A stretch of DNA of 64,000 nucleotides from an uncultured bacterium (GCA_963825585.1 CAWGTX010000006.1:387905-451904); one strand, 5' to 3'. Shown: positions 28,199 through 38,189, counted from the stretch's first letter. Translations and numbers: made by a program. The notes: generated by a model from the sequence alone, not told the origin.

Positions 28199-30805
28199 TC
28201 AGCTCTTGACGGCGTCGAGGCTCGTGGCCGACGCCAGATCGACGACCAGGGGCACCTTCAGATCGACCACCTGTTCCATGACATTCCGAACCGTGGCCGA
28301 AGTCTGTTCCAGCTCTTTCACGGGCGTTTCGACGACCAGTTCGTCGTGGATCTGCAGCAGCATTCTGGCGTCCCCCCCGAGTGCCGGCTCGAGGTCGATC
28401 ATCGCCTTCTTGATGATGTCGGCGGCCGTCCCCTGGATCGGCGCGTTGAGCGCCATCCGCTCCCCCATCTGCCGCAGCCGGAAGTTGTCGCTCTTGAGCT
28501 CGGGCAGATACCGCCGACGCCCGAACATGGTGGCGGTGAACCCGTTGCGACGGGCTTCGGTGACCACTCCGTCCATGTAGGCCTTCACATCCGGGAACCG
28601 ATCGAAATAGGCATCGATGTGATCGCGTGCCTCTTCCCGGGAGCAGCCCAATCGCTGGGCCAGTCCGAACGCCTCCATCCCGTAGAGAAGACCGAAGTTG
28701 ATCACCTTGGCCATACGACGCATCTCGCCGGTGACGAGCGACGGCTCGACGTCGAACACGCGGGCCGCGGTGGCGGTGTGGATGTCGAGACCCGCCTGGA
28801 AGGCCTCGACCATCGCCGGGTCGCCGCTCATGTGTGCCAGCACCCTGAGCTCGATCTGGGAGTAGTCGGCGACCACGAAGGTCCAATCGGGCGGGGTCAC
28901 GAACGCACGGCGGATGGTGCGGCCGGTCTCGGAACGAACCGGGATGTTCTGGAGATTGGGTTCCTCGGATGAGAGCCTTCCCGTGGCGGCGGCCATCTGA
29001 TTGAAGGTCGTGTGGATGCGGCCGTCCCGCCGGATGAGTGGGAGGTAACCGTCGACGTAGGTCGAACGGAGCTTTTCTATCTCGCGGTAGCGCAGAAGGC
29101 TCTCGATCAGCGGATGATCGAGCTTCTCGAGTACCGAAGCGTCTGTCGACGGCTTGCCTCCCGGGGTCTTCTTCGACACCGGCAGACCCAGCTTCTGATA
29201 GAGGATCACCGCCAACTGATCGGTCGAATTGACGTTGAAGGGTTCCCCGGCCAGTTCGTGGATGGCCCGCTCCAGGGTTTCGAGCTCCGAGCGAAGGTCG
29301 GCACCCATCTGCTCCAGGTAGTCGCGATCTATGAGGATGCCGGCGGCCTCCATTCGGGCGAGCACACCGACCAGGGGAAGCTCGAATCGGCGGTACAGGT
29401 CGAGCTCGTCTCGTCCCTCCAACTCGGTCTCGAGCATTGCTGCTACCCGGTCGATGGCGGCGACCCGCCGTGCCGGCGCGTCGAAGTCAACGTCATCTGT
29501 GAAGTCGAAGGCCGCCTGAACGCCTCCCGCCGGCTTCTCCCGGTCGGGTGACTCGAGTTCGATGCCGGCGTAGCGGGCGGCGACCTCGGCCAGGTCGTAG
29601 GCACGGGTCGCCGGATTGACGAGGTAGGCCGCCAGAGCGGTGTCGAAGGACAACCCTTCCAGCCGCACGCCCCGGTCGATCAACGCCCTGACGAGGGGCT
29701 TGGCATGGTGGGTGACCTTCAGCACGTCCGGATCTGTGAGCACGCCGGACAGCGCACCCAAACGGTCGAAGTCGATCACGGCTGCGCCGGTGTCGTCGAG
29801 CAGCACCACCAGGCCCTCGAAGCCGCTCTGATCGACCAGATCGATCACGATTCGTTGCCTGACGAGGGCGGCGGCCTCGTCGCCGCTCATGGGTCGGCCC
29901 TCGACGTCGAGTGCTTCGCTGGGCGCAGCCTCGGACCCGGGGTGAACCGCCAGCAGGTCCTCCCACAGCGAATGGAACTCGAGACTCACGAACAACTCGC
30001 GGGCGAGTGCACGGTCCCACTGCCTGCGAACCAGATCGGAGGGTTCGACTCCCATGTCGAGGTCGCGCACCAGCGTCATCAGCTCCCGGTTGAGCAGGGC
30101 CTGCTCACGGCCGGCTGCCAGGTTCTCCCTCAGCTTCGGAGTGGCCTCGTCGAGATGCTCGAAGATTCCTTCGAGCGATCCGTACTGGTTCAGGAGCTTG
30201 GCGGCCGTCTTGTCCCCCACCCCGTTCACGCCGGGGAGGTTGTCAGAGGTGTCGCCGCACATCGCCGCCCTCTGCACGTACTGCTCGGGAGTGATGCCGT
30301 AGCGCTCCTCGACGTAGCGGGCATCGGCCACCACGACGTCGCTGATGCCGCGACGGGTGTAGAGGATCCTCCGATGGTCGTCGACCAACTGGAACGAGTC
30401 CCTGTCACCGGTGACGATCAGGACCTCCCACCCATGGGCGACCGCCTGCTCGGAGAGGGATGCGATCACGTCGTCGGCTTCGAAGCCCTCCATCTGGACC
30501 TGGGTGATACCGAGGGCGTCCAGGACCTCGCGCATGAGCGGCAGTTGGGACTTGAAGGTGTCGGGCGAGGCGGTCCGCTGTGCCTTGTACTCCGGGTACC
30601 TCTCGCTCCGGAAGGTCTGTCTGCCGACGTCCCAGGCAACGGCGAGGGCGTCGGGGTGGTGATCGCCCAGCAGCTTGATGAGCATCCGGGTGAAGCCGTA
30701 CACGGCATTCGTCACCTGTCCGGAACTGGTGGCGAGATCCTCGGGGAGGGCGAAGAAGGCGCGGTAGGCGATGGAGTGTCCGTCGACGAGGGCGAGAGTT
30801 GGCAT
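28199..30805 (-). CDS. polA: DNA polymerase I
   Basis: 868 aa with a 5'-3' exonuclease N-terminus, degenerate 3'-5' exonuclease region, and polymerase motifs A/B/C ('DYSQIELR', 'RRAAKVINFGLLYG', 'QIHDELVVE'). Confidence 0.95.
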   Translation of the reverse strand: MPTLALVDGHSIAYRAFFALPEDLATSSGQVTNAVYGFTRMLIKLLGDHHPDALAVAWDVGRQTFRSERYPEYKAQRTASPDTFKSQLPLMREVLDALGITQVQMEGFEADDVIASLSEQAVAHGWEVLIVTGDRDSFQLVDDHRRILYTRRGISDVVVADARYVEERYGITPEQYVQRAAMCGDTSDNLPGVNGVGDKTAAKLLNQYGSLEGIFEHLDEATPKLRENLAAGREQALLNRELMTLVRDLDMGVEPSDLVRRQWDRALARELFVSLEFHSLWEDLLAVHPGSEAAPSEALDVEGRPMSGDEAAALVRQRIVIDLVDQSGFEGLVVLLDDTGAAVIDFDRLGALSGVLTDPDVLKVTHHAKPLVRALIDRGVRLEGLSFDTALAAYLVNPATRAYDLAEVAARYAGIELESPDREKPAGGVQAAFDFTDDVDFDAPARRVAAIDRVAAMLETELEGRDELDLYRRFELPLVGVLARMEAAGILIDRDYLEQMGADLRSELETLERAIHELAGEPFNVNSTDQLAVILYQKLGLPVSKKTPGGKPSTDASVLEKLDHPLIESLLRYREIEKLRSTYVDGYLPLIRRDGRIHTTFNQMAAATGRLSSEEPNLQNIPVRSETGRTIRRAFVTPPDWTFVVADYSQIELRVLAHMSGDPAMVEAFQAGLDIHTATAARVFDVEPSLVTGEMRRMAKVINFGLLYGMEAFGLAQRLGCSREEARDHIDAYFDRFPDVKAYMDGVVTEARRNGFTATMFGRRRYLPELKSDNFRLRQMGERMALNAPIQGTAADIIKKAMIDLEPALGGDARMLLQIHDELVVETPVKELEQTSATVRNVMEQVVDLKVPLVVDLASATSLDAVKS

Positions 30806-31083
30806 CAGTCCTCGAGCTTGGAGAGCAGCTTGGTTCGGGTGGCATGGAGCTTGGCACGCCTACGGTGGATGTCCGCGAGCCGCCGTTCGAAGCGTGCGAC
30901 ATCAGCCCTGGACCCGGCCGCTTCGAGCCGATCGAACTCGCCACCGCTCAGGGCGGCGTCACGCTCGATGTCGTCGGCCAGGTGTCGGCGGTGGTTCAAC
31001 TCCGCCAGCAGCGAGGTCTCTTCCTCGACCAGCTCCGCCAGCTCGTCGGTGATGGCGAACAACCGTCGTTGGGTGAGGCCCAT
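30805..31083 (-). CDS. Small hypothetical coiled-coil protein (92 aa), translationally coupled to polA (TGATG)
   Basis: Protein-like charged heptad composition. Its stop overlaps the polA ATG. No recognisable family. Confidence 0.4.
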   Translation of the reverse strand: MGLTQRRLFAITDELAELVEEETSLLAELNHRRHLADDIERDAALSGGEFDRLEAAGSRADVARFERRLADIHRRRAKLHATRTKLLSKLED

Positions 31084-31179
31084 CGAGCGATCTTACCAAG
31101 CCCGGCCGTGAGGGAACGTGCGTTCGGTCCTACCGTGGCGGACTGCTCCCCCCGAGTCGTGAACTATCATCGTCGTCAC

Positions 31180-31266
31180 GCCGGAGTGTTGGAATTGGTA
31201 GACAAGATGGATTCAAAATCCATTGTCCGCAAGGGCGTGCGGGTTCGAGTCCCGCCTCCGGTACCA
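31180..31266 (+). tRNA. tRNA-Leu (anticodon CAA) with a long variable arm and encoded CCA
   Basis: Cloverleaf read by eye: GCCGGAG acceptor, anticodon loop TTCAAAA, variable arm TGTCCGCAAGGGCGTGCGG, T-arm GGTTCGAGTCC and ACCA. Near-identical architecture to E. coli leuX. Confidence 0.85.
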
Positions 31267-31850
31267 GTCTCGAGTTCGTGAGCTCGGCTCATAGCCACGC
31301 CGACCCCCGGATGCGTCTCACGACGGCGTCCCACAGGTCCACGGACCGGCGCACCCCGCAGGTGTGTCTTGCGGCAGATCCTGACGGCCGCCAAGGGGTA
31401 CACGACCGAATCGCGTCGATGTGCAGACAGCACGACAAAAACGCGGTAAGGTTCGCGCCGCAACGGCCACCGCCGAGAACACATCCTTTGCCGCATCCCC
31501 CCACTCCCCCCACTCCCTGGCTGAGGATGACCGGTCTCTCCGGTGGCCGTTGCGTCTTTCCGACCACCGGAGAAACCCGGACTGGAGTGGACCTCCTGCT
31601 CATCCAGTCGCACGTGACCCCGGGACGTTTCACGATTCCCCCGGTTTTCCTGCGAGACGCTGAGACCACGTCTTGGCAGTCCGGCCCCCCCGGGTAGAAT
31701 CGCCCGCAAGGGTATGGGGATGTCTATTGGGTGCATGCCGGGTGTCGCGTCGAATCCCTCAACCACAGGGGTCGATGGCGGGGTGCACCGGGAGGGCTTC
31801 ATGAACGTTCTGTCACGTGCCGCTGCGGGATCCGCCGAGGGAGACGCCCG

Positions 31851-32102
31851 ATGATCGGAGAAACGCGCGAGCCGATCAGAGCCTTCCTCTCGGAGATCGT
31901 CGAGGACTGGTCCGACGACGTCAGTGACCAGGTCAATCTCTTCGCCATGGGCCTGTTGGATTCCCTCGCGGTGCACGAAGTCGTCGGCTTTCTCGAGGAC
32001 GAGTTCGGTGTCGTCTTCGAGGACGCCGATCTGGCGGTCACCAACTTCGCATCGGTCGATGCCATGGTGACGATGGTTGCGGGGAAACGATCGCCCGGAT
32101 GA
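31851..32102 (+). CDS. Acyl/peptidyl carrier protein-like (phosphopantetheine attachment site)
   Basis: 83 aa. Has a 'GLLDSLAVHEVV' DSL serine motif. RBS gaggga is present. Overlaps the next gene by 4 nt. Confidence 0.7.
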   Translation: MIGETREPIRAFLSEIVEDWSDDVSDQVNLFAMGLLDSLAVHEVVGFLEDEFGVVFEDADLAVTNFASVDAMVTMVAGKRSPG

Positions 32103-32965
32103 TGCAGACCACGCTGATCGAGCCCGGCACAGCGACCTGTTCGGTGTTCGTCGGCGGGCCAGGGTCCCGGGTCTTCACATCCCGCACCGGCCCGGCCGAT
32201 GAGCATCCGGCGCTCCGTCTGATCCTGTGCCCTCCGATCGGGGCCGAGGCAGCCAGGAACTACCGGCGCGAGACACTGCTCGCTCGCCAGCTCGCCCGCC
32301 ATGGCGTCGAGACGATCCGGTTCCACTACCGCGGGAGCGGCCACTCCGAGGACTCCCCCGACCACGGTTTCCAGGCGATGATCGACGACGCCCGACTGGT
32401 GGCCTCGCAGGCGGGCGACGACGTCCCGACGGCATGGATGGGAACACGACTGGGCGGGTCGGTGGCGGCCGCCGTGCTCTCCGACTCTCCGGCGGTTCCC
32501 CTGGTCGTGTGGGACCCGGTCCTCGACGCGGCCGCCTACTTCCGTGAAATCCTCCGGGCGCGCGTCTTCAGTGCGTTCAAGACCGACGATGCCGCCACTG
32601 CTCCCAAGGCCGACCTGATCAAGGACCTCCAATCGAGCGGATCGGTCGATCTTCTGGGCTACAGCATCTCCGCCAGGCTCCTCGATGAGGTCGCGTCCAT
32701 CGGCGGCATACAGAGTCTTCCGGTCACCGGCAGGAAGATCCTTCTCCTCGATCTGCGCCGCAAAGGTGACCCGCGCTCAGAGGTGGTTCGCCTCGTCAAC
32801 GACTGGCGGGCCAGGGGCGGGGATGCACGCGTCCTCGGTGTCGCCCTCTACGAGCCGTGGTGGTACGGCGCCCGATCGGGAGCTGTAGGTGACGAGACCT
32901 CGGAAGCAAATCGGAAGCTGCTGCAACTGACCACCGACTTCGTGGCGGGCCTGGTGGGGAGATGA
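32099..32965 (+). CDS. Alpha/beta-hydrolase-fold protein with a degenerate nucleophile elbow (GTRLG in place of GxSxG)
   Basis: 288 aa. 'HYRGSGHS...AWMGTRLGGSVA'. The canonical Ser position holds Arg. Confidence 0.65.
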   Translation: MMQTTLIEPGTATCSVFVGGPGSRVFTSRTGPADEHPALRLILCPPIGAEAARNYRRETLLARQLARHGVETIRFHYRGSGHSEDSPDHGFQAMIDDARLVASQAGDDVPTAWMGTRLGGSVAAAVLSDSPAVPLVVWDPVLDAAAYFREILRARVFSAFKTDDAATAPKADLIKDLQSSGSVDLLGYSISARLLDEVASIGGIQSLPVTGRKILLLDLRRKGDPRSEVVRLVNDWRARGGDARVLGVALYEPWWYGARSGAVGDETSEANRKLLQLTTDFVAGLVGR

Positions 32966-33807
32966 GCACCGTCACCGAGATACCCGGTTTCCTGGCCGGC
33001 CCGGAGGGACCGCTCTTCTGCGTCGATTCCCACCCGCCGGAGTCCGGCGGAAGAGGCATCGTCCTCGCCGGCGGAGGATGGATGGGGAGCAGCACGAACC
33101 GGAACGGCGTCCTCGTGCGCATCTCCCGCGCCGTGGCCGACGTCGGGGTTCGGGCGGTACGCTTCGACTGGCGTGGTACCGGGGAGAGTGGCGGCTCGGT
33201 GGAGCGATTCGATCTCGAGGCTCCGTTCCACGACGACGTCGCCACCGTGATCCAACACCTCGCCGATACCGGCTGCAGTTCGGTCGCCGTGTTCGGCATC
33301 TGTTTCGGAGCGTGGTCCTCGCTGTTGGCGGCGGACTCGTACGAGGTTGTCGATCAGGTCGTCCTCGTGTCGCTGCCGTTTCCCTCCGACAAGACCAAGG
33401 CCGATCACAAAACCGATCGGATCGCGTTCGAATCGGCCTTCCGCATGGCGTGGAAGCCGGCGGTGTGGGTGACGCTCTTCAAGAACCCGGCGATGCGCGA
33501 GGCTCTCATTCGAGGGTTGCGGCGCAAACTTCTCAAACGTTCGGACGCCCGAACCACGCTGCCCACGTCCACGACCAGTTCAGCGGTGCCGTTGGTGCTC
33601 GAGCGTCTCGCCGCTCGCGGCGTCGCAATCGACCTGGTCTTCGGCGAGAAGGATCTGGAGTTCGCCTCCTACCAGGCGTTCACGGCCCACACCCCTCTGC
33701 CTTCCGGCATACGCGTCACCTGCGTTCCGGGCGATCTGAGCAACTTCGGGACGATCACCGCTCAGGACGCCGCCGTGGAGGCGGTCGTGAAGGCCCTCGC
33801 CTCCTGA
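32962..33807 (+). CDS. Alpha/beta-hydrolase-fold protein with a cysteine nucleophile (GxCxG)
   Basis: 281 aa. 'FDWRGTGESGG...VFGICFGAWSS'. Confidence 0.65.
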   Translation: MSTVTEIPGFLAGPEGPLFCVDSHPPESGGRGIVLAGGGWMGSSTNRNGVLVRISRAVADVGVRAVRFDWRGTGESGGSVERFDLEAPFHDDVATVIQHLADTGCSSVAVFGICFGAWSSLLAADSYEVVDQVVLVSLPFPSDKTKADHKTDRIAFESAFRMAWKPAVWVTLFKNPAMREALIRGLRRKLLKRSDARTTLPTSTTSSAVPLVLERLAARGVAIDLVFGEKDLEFASYQAFTAHTPLPSGIRVTCVPGDLSNFGTITAQDAAVEAVVKALAS

Positions 33808-33813
33808 CCCGAG

Positions 33814-35007
33814 TCAGGTGACGGCATCTATCTGGGGCGAGACCCCAAGGCTTTCGATCATGGCGGAGATCTCGGCCACGTAGATCGGGTTCATGATCAC
33901 CACCAGATCGCTCCCGAGTTCTGGCAGCCGATTGGGCGCCATCACCTCGAGCCCCGATCCCGCCAGGTACTTGCCCTGCTTGTGCGGGTTGATGTCGATG
34001 ACACCGGCGATGGCCTCATCGAGGCCGAGCGCGGCCACGAATGCGATCGCCTTGGATCCCCCTCCCCACAGCACCGGACGCCGTCCGTCCCTGGCCGCTT
34101 GGGAGATCCGGGTTCGCCAGTCGGCGATCACCGCACCAACCGTCTGAGCGAACGACTCGGTGAGTGCCGTCATCTCTGTGACGGGCTCTTCGTTCGGGAG
34201 CACCACGGGCGCGGCGTCCGGGCGGGCCAGCGCCAGCAGGTACTGGTCGTCGAAGGCGAGCTCCAGCTCGATGGGCGGGACGCCGACGTGGCGGAGCATC
34301 CGCCCCAGAGAGCCGAGCGAGAAGTAGGAGCAATGCTCGTGGTACACATCCCAGAATGCTCCATCCCTGAGTACCCGGATCGCGTCGGGCACCTCGATGA
34401 AGAGAGACGAACCCGGGGTGGCGAGCGTCGAATCGAGCAGGTGCCGGGTGAAACGGGCAACGTCGGGCACGTGTTCGAGGGTGTGGCGCGTGGCCACGAG
34501 CTCGCCGGTGAGGTGTGTGTAGCGTTCGTCGAAGGTGTCGATGACGAATTCGAGAGCGGGATCGGTCTGCCGACCGTGCCTGTATCCGGGATCGATTCCG
34601 ATGCCGGTCACGCCCTCGGCCGCCAACAGCGCCAGGAAGTCTCCCTTGCCACAGCCCACTTCCAGCACCCGGCGGCCCCGGAGGCCGAGGTCGGTCACCA
34701 GCCGTTTCGCAAGACCATTGGCGAAGGCGTTGAACGCCGGCGAGAAGGCCTGGCTCTCTTCGCAGTCCTGCCCGTAGTCGATGAGCGACACGTCGAAGGC
34801 CACGTTCTGGACAAACCCACAGTTGGAACAGCATGCCAGCAGCACCTCACCCATTGGGTAGGAGCCCGCTTGGGAGCTGTCGTCCAGCAGAACGCAGGAA
34901 TGCGCAGGCACAGCCCCACCGTGATAGAAGGCGACGAGGGTTGGCCGCTCACACGCTGCGCATTCCATCGACCGAGCTCGATCGATGTGCTCCCGGTGGA
35001 GGCTCAC
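33814..35007 (-). CDS. NDP-hexose C-methyltransferase, TcaB9/TylC3-like (N-terminal Zn-ribbon CxxC..CxxC + class I MT + C-terminal MT-associated domain)
   Basis: 'CAACERP...CCSNCGFVQN' followed by 'VLEVGCGKGDF'. C-terminal 'VLWGGGSKAIAFVAALGLD'. Confidence 0.8.
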   Translation of the reverse strand: MSLHREHIDRARSMECAACERPTLVAFYHGGAVPAHSCVLLDDSSQAGSYPMGEVLLACCSNCGFVQNVAFDVSLIDYGQDCEESQAFSPAFNAFANGLAKRLVTDLGLRGRRVLEVGCGKGDFLALLAAEGVTGIGIDPGYRHGRQTDPALEFVIDTFDERYTHLTGELVATRHTLEHVPDVARFTRHLLDSTLATPGSSLFIEVPDAIRVLRDGAFWDVYHEHCSYFSLGSLGRMLRHVGVPPIELELAFDDQYLLALARPDAAPVVLPNEEPVTEMTALTESFAQTVGAVIADWRTRISQAARDGRRPVLWGGGSKAIAFVAALGLDEAIAGVIDINPHKQGKYLAGSGLEVMAPNRLPELGSDLVVIMNPIYVAEISAMIESLGVSPQIDAVT

Positions 35008-36248
35008 TCCACCACCCGCGGTGACGGGACCGGCACGATGAAGCGTCCACCCGTCTCGAGGTAACCCTGCTGTTGGGAGATGATCTCGTCGGCGAAGTTC
35101 CAGGCGAGGATCAGCACGTAGTCGGGCCGATCCTCCACCAGACGCTCGGGGGGGAAGATCTCGAGATGCGCTCCCGGCATGAAGAGGCCCTGCTTGTGGG
35201 TGTTGCGGTCGACGACGTAGTCGATGACCGTGTGATCGATGCCGCTGAAGTTCAGCATGGTGGCGCCTTTGGCGGCAGCTCCGTAGGCCGCCACCCGCTT
35301 GCCTTCGGCGCGTATGCCGGTCAGGAGAGCGATCAGGTCCTCCCTGATCTGCTCGACCTTGGCGGCGAACCCGGAGTAATAGGAATAGTCGCCCACACCC
35401 CGCTCGGCTTCGTCTCGCCGGAAGTCGTGCACCGCTGTCGATGCCTCACCCTCGTGAGCGAAGAACACGCGGATGGTGCCTCCGTGGATGGGGTGATGGC
35501 TGATGTCGACCAGTGTGAGACCGTGTCGTCCGAACAGCGCCTCGAGTGCGGCCACCGAGAAGTAGCAGTGGTGCTCGTGGTAGATGGTGTCGAACTCGCC
35601 GTGCTCGATGAGGTCGACCACGTACGGGACCTCGACCGAGACCAGCCCGTTGGGGGCGAGCAGCGCTGCCATCCCTTCGACGAACGAGTTCTGGTCGGGT
35701 ACGTGCGCCAGCACGTTGTTGCCCACGATCACATCCGCCCGTCGCCCTTCGGCGACCAGCCGTCGCGCCGTGTCGGCGTTGAAGAACTCGATGAGCGTCG
35801 GGATTCCCTTGTCGATCGCAGCCTGCGCAGGCCCGGTCGATGGATCGATGCCGAGCACCGGCACCCCCGCCTTCTGGAAGTACTGCAGCAGGTACCCGTC
35901 GTTGGATGCCAGTTCGACCGCCAGCGACGAAGGTCCCAGCTCGAGGCGGTCGATGAGCCCCTCGACATTTCGACGGGAGTGCTCCAGGAGCGAGTCCATG
36001 AACGACGAGTAGTACGGATAGTCGTCCGGGAACAGCACCTTGGGTGGCACCGTCTCACGGATCTGGACCAGGGTGCAGGTGGGACAGAACACCACGGTCA
36101 GGGGGTAGCGATCCTCGGGTGACTGCAGGCGTTGTTTGGTCAGAAGAGCGTCGGCGAGAGGTGTCACCCCGAGGTCGAGCACGGGCCTCAGGTCGGCGAC
36201 GCCGCACGAGCGACAGCCGGTGATCGTCTGGTGTTGTGAGGCGATCAT
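35004..36248 (-). CDS. NDP-hexose C-methyltransferase, TcaB9/TylC3-like, paralog 2
   Basis: 'GCRSCG...FCPTCTLVQ' followed by an MT fold. C-terminal 'VAAYGAAAKGATMLNFSGID'. Start taken at MIASQHQ (36248), overlapping the dehydratase stop. Confidence 0.8.
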   Translation of the reverse strand: MIASQHQTITGCRSCGVADLRPVLDLGVTPLADALLTKQRLQSPEDRYPLTVVFCPTCTLVQIRETVPPKVLFPDDYPYYSSFMDSLLEHSRRNVEGLIDRLELGPSSLAVELASNDGYLLQYFQKAGVPVLGIDPSTGPAQAAIDKGIPTLIEFFNADTARRLVAEGRRADVIVGNNVLAHVPDQNSFVEGMAALLAPNGLVSVEVPYVVDLIEHGEFDTIYHEHHCYFSVAALEALFGRHGLTLVDISHHPIHGGTIRVFFAHEGEASTAVHDFRRDEAERGVGDYSYYSGFAAKVEQIREDLIALLTGIRAEGKRVAAYGAAAKGATMLNFSGIDHTVIDYVVDRNTHKQGLFMPGAHLEIFPPERLVEDRPDYVLILAWNFADEIISQQQGYLETGGRFIVPVPSPRVVE

Positions 36249-37270
36249 CAGTTCACCGGCCGAAGGTCGGTGCCGATGGTGCCGGCGGCGAGACCCTGCT
36301 TGATGAAGGCGATCCGCATCAGGCGACCGAGAAAGATCTCCTCGTCGAATCCGTGTGCGGTGTAGCCGTCCCGGAGCTGTTCCGCCCCCTTCTGAACGGT
36401 CCACTGTGGCTGGAAACCAGGGACCTTGTCGAAGATCTTGGACGGGTCGACCCGGTAGTCACGGATGTCCGGACCGGCGGTGTCGGCCAACTGGATCGTG
36501 GAACCGGGGACGGTCTGCTCGACGATCTCGGCAACCGTGCGGATCTGGTAGTTCTCGTCACGGGCGCACACGTTGAACACTTCGTCGTGGACCGCCTCCC
36601 GCGGAGCGTCGAGCACCGCGACGAACGCTGCCGAGATGTCGGCGATGTGGATGAGCGGGCGCCAAGGGGTCCCGTCGCTCTTCATCAGGACCTTCCCCTG
36701 GGTGAGGGCGTAGCCCACGAGGTTGTTGACGACCAGATCGGCCCTGGTCCTGGCCGAGAAGCCGTACGCCGTGGCGTTGCGAAGGTAGGTGGGGCTGAAG
36801 TCGTCCGAGGCGAACTTGCGGATCCCCTCCTCGGCGTGGATCTTCGAGAAGCCGTAGGGAGTGACCGGGTTGACGGGAGAGGTCTCGTCGACCAACCCGC
36901 CCGGCGATGATCCGTAGATACTGCAGGAACTGGAGAAGACGAAACGTTCGGCACCGGCCTGGGCAGCGAGGTCGGCCAGCCGGACGCTCGCCAGATCGTT
37001 GATCTCCTCGGTCAAGCCGGGCTGGAGGTCACCGAGCGGGTCGTTGGAGAGCCCTGCCAGGTGACAGACGGCATCCACGCCCTCGAAGTCGGCAACGGTG
37101 GCATCCCTGATGTCCCGCCGGATCCATGGGACCTCGGGAGCGGCGGGCCCGATCAGGCATGACTCGAAGAGGGCGTTGTCCATACCCACCACATCGTGGC
37201 CGGCCTCCAGCAGCATCGGTACGAGCACCGATCCGATGTATCCCTGATGTCCTGTGACGAGAACGCGCAT
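36248..37270 (-). CDS. NAD-dependent sugar epimerase/dehydratase, CDP-glucose 4,6-dehydratase-like
   Basis: Rossmann motif '[14 protein letters not shown]' (compare RfbG TGHTGFKGSW). 'YGFSK' gives the catalytic YxxxK. Confidence 0.8.
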   Translation of the reverse strand: MRVLVTGHQGYIGSVLVPMLLEAGHDVVGMDNALFESCLIGPAAPEVPWIRRDIRDATVADFEGVDAVCHLAGLSNDPLGDLQPGLTEEINDLASVRLADLAAQAGAERFVFSSSCSIYGSSPGGLVDETSPVNPVTPYGFSKIHAEEGIRKFASDDFSPTYLRNATAYGFSARTRADLVVNNLVGYALTQGKVLMKSDGTPWRPLIHIADISAAFVAVLDAPREAVHDEVFNVCARDENYQIRTVAEIVEQTVPGSTIQLADTAGPDIRDYRVDPSKIFDKVPGFQPQWTVQKGAEQLRDGYTAHGFDEEIFLGRLMRIAFIKQGLAAGTIGTDLRPVN

Positions 37271-37275
37271 CCGAC

Positions 37276-38046
37276 TCAACCCCATGTCTTCCATGGTGGG
37301 CTGCCGCCAGCCCACAGATCTTCCAGTAGTTTCTTGTCCCGGAGGGTGTCCATGCACTGCCAGAAGCCCTCGTGACGGTACGCCATCAGCTCTCCGGCGG
37401 CCGCCAGACGCTCCATCGGCTCGCGCTCCCAGGCCATGTCGTCGCCGTCGATGAGATCGAGCACGGCCGGCTCGAGAACGAAGAACGCTCCGTTGATCCA
37501 CCCCTGATCCAAGGGCTTCTCGCTGAACGAGGACACGGCGTCGCCGTCCATCTCCAACTGCCCGAACCGCGAGGGAGGATGCACCGCCGTGACCGTTGCC
37601 AGCCTGCCGTGTGATCGATGGAACTCGACCAGCCTGGTCAGATCGACGTCGGCGACGCCGTCGCCGTAGGTCATGCAGAAGGTCTGATCACCGACGAACG
37701 GGGCAAGCCGCTTGAGCCGTCCGCCCGTGTTGGTCCACCGTCCCGTCTCGATCAACTCGACCAGCCACTTCTCGTCGTGCCCCTCGTCGAGAAGGAGCTG
37801 GTCGCCGGTGGCGAGGTCGACGCGGAGGCTCGAGTTGGAGCTGATGTAGTCGGTGAAGAACCGCTTGATGTGGTCTCCCTTGTAGCCGAGCGCCACCACG
37901 AACTTGTTGAAACCGTGGTGATCGAAGTGGCGCATGATGTGCCACAGAATCGGCCGTCCCCCGATCTCCACCATCGGTTTCGGCCTGATCTCGGTTTCCT
38001 CCGCCAGTCGCGAACCCATTCCACCGGCGAGTATCACGACCTTCAT
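37276..38046 (-). CDS. rfbF: Glucose-1-phosphate cytidylyltransferase
   Basis: '[41 protein letters not shown]', then '[19 protein letters not shown]' at the C-terminus. Confidence 0.9.
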   Translation of the reverse strand: MKVVILAGGMGSRLAEETEIRPKPMVEIGGRPILWHIMRHFDHHGFNKFVVALGYKGDHIKRFFTDYISSNSSLRVDLATGDQLLLDEGHDEKWLVELIETGRWTNTGGRLKRLAPFVGDQTFCMTYGDGVADVDLTRLVEFHRSHGRLATVTAVHPPSRFGQLEMDGDAVSSFSEKPLDQGWINGAFFVLEPAVLDLIDGDDMAWEREPMERLAAAGELMAYRHEGFWQCMDTLRDKKLLEDLWAGGSPPWKTWG

Positions 38047-38189
38047 CAGAAAGACCCACCCCGTCCCATCGCTCCCCGGTACAGGATACCGACGGTTTCG
38101 GTGCCTTCCAGATCGAAATGTCGTTGATCGGTCGGTCGACCCGGGACCAAACATTGATCGCAAGGCCAGATCGGGTAGCTTGGGGCCTC

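Noticed and set aside
29705-31111. 468-aa + strand ORF
   Set aside because: It is antisense to polA and low-complexity.
31176-31976. 266-aa minus-strand ORF spanning the tRNA-Leu region
   Set aside because: It overlaps a confidently identified tRNA and non-coding spacer. It has no protein-like features.
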